Shown: in pieces, positions 56,975 through 64,000 of the stretch | How the letters are laid out: each line of letters starts with the position of its first letter | Position numbering within the stretch: the first letter of the stretch is position 1 | From: Candidatus Bathyarchaeota archaeon | GTDB lineage: Archaea; Thermoproteota; Bathyarchaeia; TCS64 | DNA: 64,000 nt | Direction of reading: 5' to 3' | Assembly (NCBI GenBank): GCA_043826455.1 | Contig: JBDRQD010000015.1 | Coordinates: 96,001 to 160,000, forward strand | Translations under genes and position numbers: made by a program | Notes under the pieces: generated by a model | Told to the model about the DNA's origin: nothing | The model's input: only the letters and a program-made list of their open reading frames with translations | Databases searched by the model: none

Positions 56975-58495
56975 CTACTTTCTGGGGGTGGGGATGTGCC
57001 AGTCGTAGCCCCTCTCGGTGACCACGTACTCGGGCCAGGGGAGGTCTATGGGCGGGTCCCAGGCGGGGTCCAGCTGGGGCGGCTCGTACTCCTTGGCGAT
57101 CCGTTCCCTCCACTCGTCCTGGCACGCCTTGAGCCTCGCCGGGTCCTCCGCTAGGTCCAGCAGGGTGCCGCTGATGGCCTTACCCGCAGTGATGATGGTG
57201 CGGTCTATTGGCCCCTTCATGCCGCCCAGGGCCACGTGGGGCCACCTAGGGAGCCTGACGCCCTTCACTGTCACCTGGGGCCTGTAGACCTGTATCCAGA
57301 CGGCTGGGCAGTGCCACATGAACTCCACGTAGTCGTCGCTACCATACTTGCGCTGGTGGCTGGGGATTACGCTGCGCCACGACCTCTCCCACTCGTCCGG
57401 CGGCGTCAGCTTCTCGCTGAAGGGCTCCTTCTGGGCCGGGTAACCAAGGTTCCTGAGTATCTCGTTGGCCTTCTTCTTGTCCTCCGCCGTGAACCTGGGC
57501 GGCCCCACCTGCTCCAGGTTCTCGTAGGCCAGGTCCGCCAGGGCCTTGTTGAAGAGGCCTGTTCTCTGCCTGGTCACCCACCGGACCGTGGCCCTGGTGC
57601 CCGTCACCTTGGCCACCTGCTCCGCGTTGTTGATGAGCACCTTGGCTATCTGCTCCTGCTGGGTCAGGCTGGGGCTCCTGAACGCGTACTGGATGATGCC
57701 GATCCTGGGGGGCAGATTGTCCGCTGTGGCCTGGCCCGCGGCCATCACCGCCTCGTTGAGGCTCCAGAGCCCCGTGTTGGGGATCATGGCCTCCTTCAGG
57801 TACTTGGTGGTGGTGTACATGAGGCAGACCGCGTCCAGGGCGCCGGGTGCCCGTGCGTTCCTGGGAAGGTCCTCGGCGTAGGCCATCCAGGTCTCCGGCT
57901 CGTCGCACTCGAATACGAAGGCCGCGTTCCAGTAGCTGCCCCACTGGGTCTCGTACATGACGGTGGTGGCGCCCCTGGGGTGCCAGCCCACCATGGCGTC
58001 CAGGCCCTCGAAGAGGCCCTTGGAGGCGAACCAAGACTTGGCGCACACCTTCTCGGCTGGGGTGCCGAACACCTTCACTGTGCCCTCTATGCCGTGCTTC
58101 TCCATGGCGGCCTTGGTGGCCACCGCCCCAGCTAGGGCGCCCACGCCCAGGGCGCTGTGGGGGTCCGTGTGCCCGGCCCTGTAGGGGTTAGCCGCGGACC
58201 TGTAGGGGACCGGGTCCTGCCAGCAGTCAGGGACCGCGTCGTACTCCGTGTACGTGCTGAGCACGGGCTTACCCTCGCCCCAGGTGGCTATGTATGCCGT
58301 GGGCATGCCGGCTACGCCCATCTCCACCTTGAAGCCCTCCTCCTTATGGAACTCGGCCAGAGCCTTGACGCTCTTATACTCCCTGAAGCTGGTCTCAGCG
58401 TAGTTCCATATCCTCTGGTGGAAGTCGCTTATCCGCTCCTCGTGGTCCTCGATCCACTTGAAGGCTGTCTTCTTGGCCTTCGTCAGTTTGGTCAA
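56975..58495 (-). CDS. M20-family amidohydrolase (AbgB-like)
   Basis: ETSFREYKS, GMPTA, EYDAVP, PAEK, WHP, GSDD. Likely TTG start at 58495. Confidence 0.82.
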   Translation of the reverse strand: MTKLTKAKKTAFKWIEDHEERISDFHQRIWNYAETSFREYKSVKALAEFHKEEGFKVEMGVAGMPTAYIATWGEGKPVLSTYTEYDAVPDCWQDPVPYRSAANPYRAGHTDPHSALGVGALAGAVATKAAMEKHGIEGTVKVFGTPAEKVCAKSWFASKGLFEGLDAMVGWHPRGATTVMYETQWGSYWNAAFVFECDEPETWMAYAEDLPRNARAPGALDAVCLMYTTTKYLKEAMIPNTGLWSLNEAVMAAGQATADNLPPRIGIIQYAFRSPSLTQQEQIAKVLINNAEQVAKVTGTRATVRWVTRQRTGLFNKALADLAYENLEQVGPPRFTAEDKKKANEILRNLGYPAQKEPFSEKLTPPDEWERSWRSVIPSHQRKYGSDDYVEFMWHCPAVWIQVYRPQVTVKGVRLPRWPHVALGGMKGPIDRTIITAGKAISGTLLDLAEDPARLKACQDEWRERIAKEYEPPQLDPAWDPPIDLPWPEYVVTERGYDWHIPTPRK

Positions 58496-58760
58496 AATGA
58501 TCGGAGTATAGGAGACGCCTTGTGAACTTAAAACCTGTGAAAAGCCTCCTAGTGGCGTACAGAAAGCCCTATATTTCACGAATATTATTCGAGTATCTAG
58601 ATTCCAAAACGGAAAATCAACGGATGAACGATGGTTAACGCCCAAAAAAATCGACGGTGAAAATTGTTGCTGAAGGCTCTGGAAATCGTTACCGCAGTTG
58701 TGAAGGGCTCCATGGCTTCATTTAAACAATTTACAGTCATTATGGAGTTATAGGTAACAG

Positions 58761-61439
58761 ATGGTTGAACCCTATCACATAAGATCCGTAGAAGACGCAC
58801 TCGATGATCTCGGCACGGGCGCCGAGGGTCTTTCTCAGCAGGAGGCTAGGAGGCGCCTCGCCGAGTATGGGTCCAATGTCCTGCAGAGTGGCGCAGCTGT
58901 CTCCCCAGTGGCGATCTTCATTGGTCAGTTCAAGAGCGTCCTGATCGTGATACTTATCTTGGCCGCTTTGGTGTCGGGATTCTTTCTACACGAGTACCTG
59001 GACATGTATGTGATCCTCATCATTGTCTTGCTCAACGCAGTCATCGGCTTCGTCCAGGAGTACAGGGCCGAGAAGGCCGTGGACGCTCTAAAGAAGATGG
59101 TCTCCCCCTCAGCCATCGTATTGAGGGACGGCCACGAGGTGAAGCTGGACGCCTCAGAGATCGTCTCGGGGGACGTAATTCTGGTGAGCGAGGGTGATCG
59201 TGTGCCGGCCGATGGTAGGATCATTCAGGCTGCCAACCTCAAGATAGATGAGGCTCCCCTTACAGGCGAGTCGTCACCTGTCCCCAAGAACGCGGAGCCG
59301 GTGGATCCAGTCGTCACCATTTCGGAGATGGCTAATATGGTGTTCATGGGCACTCATGTCTCCTACGGCCGTGGCAGAGCAGTCGTGACCGGAACAGGCA
59401 TGAACACAGAGTTCGGTAAGATCGCAAACATGATACAGTCCGTCGAGGAAGAGGACCCGCCTCTTAAACGGAAGACAGAGCGGCTCGGGAAGCAGCTCAG
59501 CGTGATAGCATTAGTCGGCTGCGTCGTGGTATTCGTGGCCGACTACTTGTCAGGGGTCTCACTAGCGAACTCCTTACTCACTGCTATGAGCTTGGCTATA
59601 TCAGCGATACCTGAAGGCCTGCCCGCCGTCCTCATCATCACCCTCTCGCTGGGAGCCCAGCGGATGGCCCGTAGCAATGCTATAGTAAGGAAGCTCGCCT
59701 CGGTGGAGACACTGGGCACCACCACGGTCATATGCAGCGACAAGACGGGCACCATCACTAAGAACGAGATGACGGTCAGGAGGCTCCAGATCAACGGCCT
59801 ATCTACAGATGTCACAGGAACAGGGTACACGCCAAAAGGGGAGTTCACAATGGATGGTGATCCCATAGACCCACTACGCCTCAGAGGCGTCGAGTTCATG
59901 CTGAGGATAGGCTACCTGTGCAACGACGCCAAGCTGGAGTACGATAAGGATATGGGCTACTACCTCATAGGCGACCCTACGGAGGGCGCCCTCCTGACAG
60001 CGGCTCTGAAGGCGGGGATAGAGCCAACCGACGTAGCGTCCAAGTACCCACGCATCTGGGAGGCACCCTTCGACTCCACCAGGAAGAGGATGACCACTAT
60101 GAACGGCAGCCCGGAGGGTAGAAGGCTCGCATGCGTCAAAGGCGCGCCGGAGGTGCTGCTTAGCCTCAGTGACAGATACTATGAGGGCGGCGAGGAGTAC
60201 TTTCTTACAGATGCGCTTCGAGGTGAGATAAAGGCCGCCGTGGACCGGATGGCAACTGACGCTCTCCGGGTTCTAGCCGTAGCCTACAAGTGGGTTGAGG
60301 AGAGGGAGAGCTACGAAGCAGAAGACGTCGAGAAGGACCTGGTTTTCGTCGGCCTCATAGGCATGATCGATCCCCCCAGGGAAGAGGTGTCGGAAGCCAT
60401 CAAGCTCTGCAAAAAAGCGGGCATAAGGACGGTAATGATTACGGGTGACCATGTGCTCACAGCGGTAGCCATCGCTAGGGAGGTGGGCATCCTTGGCGCT
60501 GATGGCGGAGAAGCCTTAACGGGTGAGAAGCTCGAGGCTATGACCAACGAAGATCTGCTCTTAAATGTGGACTCGGTGTCCGTCTACGCCCGGGTCAGCC
60601 CAGAGCACAAGGTTAGGGTAGCCTCAGCCCTCAAGAATAGAGGGAACATCGTCGCCATGACTGGGGACGGGGTCAACGATGCCCCCGCCATCAAGACTGC
60701 TGACATAGGGGTGGCCATGGGCATCAAGGGGACCGACGTGACCAAGGAGGCCGCTGACATGATCCTCACAGACGACAACTTCGCCACCATAGTGAAGGCT
60801 GTGGAGGAGGGCAGAGCCATATATGACAACATAAGGAAGTTCATGAGGTACCTGATCTCCAGCAACTTCGATGAGATGATCATTATCTCCAGCTTCGCCT
60901 TGGCGGGTCTGCCCCTTCCCCTGCTGCCCATCATGATTCTCTGGCTCAACCTTGTAACGGACGGCGGCCCCGCCATAGCCCTTAGCATGGACATGCCCAC
61001 CGAGGACCTCATGGCTAGGCCCCCCCGAGACCCTAAGCAGGGCATATTGCACGGCATGTGGCTCTTCATCGCTGCCTACGTGGTCGTGGCGGTGACGGCC
61101 ACCTCAGGGATATTCCTGTGGAAGTACCTCGTCCAGGGAGCCCCCCTCAACGAGGCGAGGACAGTCACCTTCATGCAGGCCTGCATGTTTGAGCTGATCG
61201 TCGTGTTCAACTGCAGATCCGAGAAGCACAACGCCTTCAAGGCAGGGGTGCTCTCCAACAAGTACCTTGTGGCCTCCGTCCTCTTGGGCGGGCTGCTAAC
61301 CGTGTCCCTGTGCTACGTACCCCTATTCCAGAGGGTATTCCACACTGTGCCTCTAGCCCTAGAAGACTGGGCCGTGATAATCGGGGTGTCCATGTCGAGC
61401 CTTCTGGTTCTGCCCGAGTTGTTCATGAACCGGGATTAG
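58761..61439 (+). CDS. cation-transporting P-type ATPase (P2A, Ca2+-type)
   Basis: TGES, IPEGLP, CSDKTGT, KGAPE, MITGD, TGDGVNDAPA. Confidence 0.95.
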   Translation: MVEPYHIRSVEDALDDLGTGAEGLSQQEARRRLAEYGSNVLQSGAAVSPVAIFIGQFKSVLIVILILAALVSGFFLHEYLDMYVILIIVLLNAVIGFVQEYRAEKAVDALKKMVSPSAIVLRDGHEVKLDASEIVSGDVILVSEGDRVPADGRIIQAANLKIDEAPLTGESSPVPKNAEPVDPVVTISEMANMVFMGTHVSYGRGRAVVTGTGMNTEFGKIANMIQSVEEEDPPLKRKTERLGKQLSVIALVGCVVVFVADYLSGVSLANSLLTAMSLAISAIPEGLPAVLIITLSLGAQRMARSNAIVRKLASVETLGTTTVICSDKTGTITKNEMTVRRLQINGLSTDVTGTGYTPKGEFTMDGDPIDPLRLRGVEFMLRIGYLCNDAKLEYDKDMGYYLIGDPTEGALLTAALKAGIEPTDVASKYPRIWEAPFDSTRKRMTTMNGSPEGRRLACVKGAPEVLLSLSDRYYEGGEEYFLTDALRGEIKAAVDRMATDALRVLAVAYKWVEERESYEAEDVEKDLVFVGLIGMIDPPREEVSEAIKLCKKAGIRTVMITGDHVLTAVAIAREVGILGADGGEALTGEKLEAMTNEDLLLNVDSVSVYARVSPEHKVRVASALKNRGNIVAMTGDGVNDAPAIKTADIGVAMGIKGTDVTKEAADMILTDDNFATIVKAVEEGRAIYDNIRKFMRYLISSNFDEMIIISSFALAGLPLPLLPIMILWLNLVTDGGPAIALSMDMPTEDLMARPPRDPKQGILHGMWLFIAAYVVVAVTATSGIFLWKYLVQGAPLNEARTVTFMQACMFELIVVFNCRSEKHNAFKAGVLSNKYLVASVLLGGLLTVSLCYVPLFQRVFHTVPLALEDWAVIIGVSMSSLLVLPELFMNRD

Positions 61440-61508
61440 ATGTAGCCCTGGTGCCCTGTTCAACCCAATTCATTTAATCTGGATGTAACTAATTGTATCC
61501 TGATTGGC

Positions 61509-63134
61509 ATGCTTGATCTAATTGTGAAAGGTGGAAGAGTTGTCACGGGCGCGGGTAACCCGTGGTTCAGGGCCGACGTGGGAGTAAAGAAGGGATTTAT
61601 CACAAAGGTTGGCAGCCTCAGCGAGGACGCCAAGGAGGTAATAGACGCGAGGGGCATGGTGGTGTGCCCGGGCTTCATTGACCTCCACGACCACAGCGAC
61701 CTCACCATCCTGGCCAACAGGGAGGCCGACAGCAAGGTCCACATGGGGGTCAGCACCACGGTGTTCGCCAGCTGCGGCTCAGGGGCCGCGCCCCTCAACG
61801 AGGCCATGAGGGAGGAGGTGCGCCGTGAGGCCCCCTTCCTGAAGGCGGCGGGGGTCGAGGTAGACTGGTCCACAATGAAGGAGTACCTGAGCCGCCTGGA
61901 GGCTGGCGGCCTCTCCATCAACGTGGCGCCCCTGGTGGGCTTCGGCACGGTCCGGGAGTACGTCATGGGCATGGAGATGAGGGCCCCGACGAAGGCCGAG
62001 TTAAAGGCAATGAAGGCCGAGATGTCTAAAGCCATGGATGCCGGGTGTAGGGGCATCACCACGGGCCTCAGGTACGACCCCCAGAGCTACGCCGAAACCG
62101 GGGAGGTCATAGAGCTCTCCAAAGTGGTGGCGGGGTACGGGGGCTTCTACACCAGCCACATCAGGGACGAGGGTGACAGGGGCGACCCCCTGGCCGCCGT
62201 GGAGGAGATCATACGCATCGGACGTGAAGCAGGCATCCCTGTGAACATAAGCCACTTCAAGGTCCTCTCCAAACGGTTCTGGCACCTGGCACCCAGGCTC
62301 GTGGAGATGGTGGAGCAGGCCAGGGCTGAGGGCGTCCAGGTAACCGCGGATCAGTACCCCTACAGCGCCAGCGGCACCGGCCTCGGGGCCTGGATACCGC
62401 CGTGGGCCAACGAGGGGGGCGTCGAGGAGCTGGTGAAGCGCCTCAACGACGCGGAGACGACAAAGAAGATCAAAGCGGGCCTCGCCGTTTCCATGGAGGA
62501 CCGCGGGGGCCCTGAGAACGCCCTCATCAGCAGCTACCCCCTGGACCCCAAGATGGTTGGCCAGAACATCGCCCAGGTGGCCAAGAAGTGGAGAATGGAC
62601 CCCCTGGACGCGGGCATAAAGCTCCTCAGAGACCACCTGGAGGCCATCACATCGGGCAAGGTGAAGGGAGGCTTCAGCATAGTGAACTTCAACCAGACGG
62701 AGGAGAACGTGGAGCTCATCATGAGGCAGCCCTGGGTGGCCGTTGGCACCGACGGCAGGGTCCACAGCCCGCAGGGCGTCCTGAAGAAGGACATACCCGC
62801 CCCCCACCCAAGGTTCTACGGCACATTCCCCAGGGTCCTGGGCAAGTACAGCAGGGAGAGGGGGGTCATCAGCCTCAGCGAGGCTGTGCGCAAGATGACC
62901 AGCCTCCCGGCCCAGATACTGAGTCTAAGAGACAGGGGCCTCATAGCCCCCGGATCGTGCGCTGACATAACCGTGTTCGACCCGGAAACGGTCATCGACA
63001 GGGCCGGCTTCGCTCCCGCGGAGGCCACCATGCGGTACCCGGAGGGCATCACCCACCTGGTGGTGAACGGCGCCGTGACCATGAGGGACGGCGAGCACAC
63101 GGGCGCCAGGGCCGGCGTGGTTCTGAGAAGGTAG
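61509..63134 (+). CDS. N-acyl-D-amino-acid deacylase family
   Basis: PGFIDLHDHSD, CG, HIRDE, SHFK, DQYPY, HPRFYGTFPRVLG. Confidence 0.92.
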   Translation: MLDLIVKGGRVVTGAGNPWFRADVGVKKGFITKVGSLSEDAKEVIDARGMVVCPGFIDLHDHSDLTILANREADSKVHMGVSTTVFASCGSGAAPLNEAMREEVRREAPFLKAAGVEVDWSTMKEYLSRLEAGGLSINVAPLVGFGTVREYVMGMEMRAPTKAELKAMKAEMSKAMDAGCRGITTGLRYDPQSYAETGEVIELSKVVAGYGGFYTSHIRDEGDRGDPLAAVEEIIRIGREAGIPVNISHFKVLSKRFWHLAPRLVEMVEQARAEGVQVTADQYPYSASGTGLGAWIPPWANEGGVEELVKRLNDAETTKKIKAGLAVSMEDRGGPENALISSYPLDPKMVGQNIAQVAKKWRMDPLDAGIKLLRDHLEAITSGKVKGGFSIVNFNQTEENVELIMRQPWVAVGTDGRVHSPQGVLKKDIPAPHPRFYGTFPRVLGKYSRERGVISLSEAVRKMTSLPAQILSLRDRGLIAPGSCADITVFDPETVIDRAGFAPAEATMRYPEGITHLVVNGAVTMRDGEHTGARAGVVLRR

Positions 63135-63185
63135 AGTGTATCCTCTACCACCTCTATTTAAAATAAAAAAAATTGTTGTGGGTGT

Positions 63186-63560
63186 TTACTTGACTTGCTG
63201 CAGAGCCTTTCGGGTCTCCTCGGGGAAGTCTCTCAAAAGATTGCGTACAACGACCTTAGCGATATACTCCTTAAACTCGGCCTCGTTATACTTGGCCGAG
63301 TAGATACGCCTGTGGCCTCCCTTCCCTGTAATCTCCGTGTAGTCCAGCACACCCTCATCTACCATGGAGTTCAGGAAGTTGATGATTGACGCCCGGCTTA
63401 TCGTCCTCTGTCCTTCGAGATCCTCGTTCACCTGCATCCAAACGTCGCGGCTGCTCGCGCCCTCACCGTCCAGACGCCAGAGGTACTGGAGAGCTACCTC
63501 CTGGTAGTCCTTCAGCACCATTGCAAGTCCTGTATTAGAGGTGTCAATCGTTAGTGTCAT
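63186..63560 (-). CDS. putative winged-helix transcriptional regulator
   Basis: SSRDVW, ISRASIINFLNSMVDEGVL...GKGGHRRIY wing pattern. Confidence 0.7.
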   Translation of the reverse strand: MTLTIDTSNTGLAMVLKDYQEVALQYLWRLDGEGASSRDVWMQVNEDLEGQRTISRASIINFLNSMVDEGVLDYTEITGKGGHRRIYSAKYNEAEFKEYIAKVVVRNLLRDFPEETRKALQQVK

Positions 63561-63582
63561 TTCTGTTTCTCCTAACGGGGCT

Positions 63583-63616
63583 CATGTGAAGGCTATGATA
63601 TTTAAACCTTCACATG
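63583..63616. promoter_or_regulatory. 10-bp inverted repeat flanking a TATA box
   Basis: CATGTGAAGG-N14-CCTTCACATG with TTTAAA in the spacer. Confidence 0.65.
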
Positions 63617-63840
63617 CCTGTTATACACCTTATACTTAATATTATTTTTCTTCATATAAACATCTAATATTGTAATAAAAATGAAAGGCATATCTTGATT
63701 ATTAGCTAAACACCCGTGTTGCTTCATAATATCCTAAAACAACCGGGCAACAAGCTCCATGAGAAATATTTTTAGCCTGAGGCCCACTCCCTCTGGAACA
63801 AGGAATAGTAAAAGGAATCTTTCCCCGCCCCAACCGTTTG

Positions 63841-64000
63841 ATGAAGGTAAGTCAATTGATCACGGCTGAAAGCACGCTTCTCCTCATATCCGGGACACTG
63901 TTCCTAAGCTACGTCTCAGGGATCATCTACAACAAGACCAAGATCCCTGACCTGGTCTGGCTCCTGGGCTTCGGCATGCTCCTTGGGCCTGTTCTGCACG
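63841..64000 (+). CDS. cation:proton antiporter (NhaP/CPA1-like), 3'-truncated by window edge
   Basis: Manual translation: MKVSQLITAESTLLLISGTLFLSYVSGIIYNKTKIPDLVWLLGFGMLLGPVLH. IPD...L...G.LLGP is typical of CPA1 N-termini. Confidence 0.7.
   Translation, partial: MKVSQLITAESTLLLISGTLFLSYVSGIIYNKTKIPDLVWLLGFGMLLGPVLH

Noticed and set aside
58496..58645. N-terminal extension of the M20 amidohydrolase ORF
   Set aside because: AT-rich and contains the probable TATA; family-like sequence begins at the TTG at 58495.
63620..63840. Fluoride or other riboswitch upstream of the antiporter
   Set aside because: No consensus motif or convincing stems were seen; it looks like AT-rich promoter DNA.

Overview
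This is a GC-rich archaeal window. Topoisomerase VI A/B, the short archaeal-type TpiA and TATA boxes close to start codons show it is archaeal; gene content suggests a Bathyarchaeia-like organism, which is inference only. Housekeeping genes include top6B/top6A, two sugar-phosphate nucleotidyltransferases with a phosphohexomutase, metG, panB, GTP-type PEPCK, tpiA and a P-type ATPase. Many genes serve peptide and amino-acid catabolism (M14, M81, M20 and M10 peptidases, amidohydrolases, three class III aminotransferases, a CoA-transferase). The main discovery is an uncharacterised four-gene membrane operon (DUF6754-like first gene) plus two accessory genes, present as two diverged copies (10.6-14.7 kb and 32.7-36.7 kb). 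The second copy is followed by a GlmL-like actin-fold ATPase and a barrel-sandwich/KOW protein, with no B12 mutase nearby. Other highlights are a strongly structured 5' leader on copy 1, a MetRS with an inserted B3/4 editing-type domain, a GNRA-hairpin intergenic element and several clear operator repeats. No rRNA, tRNA, CRISPR array or transposase was recognised. Family names come from motif recognition, not database searches.
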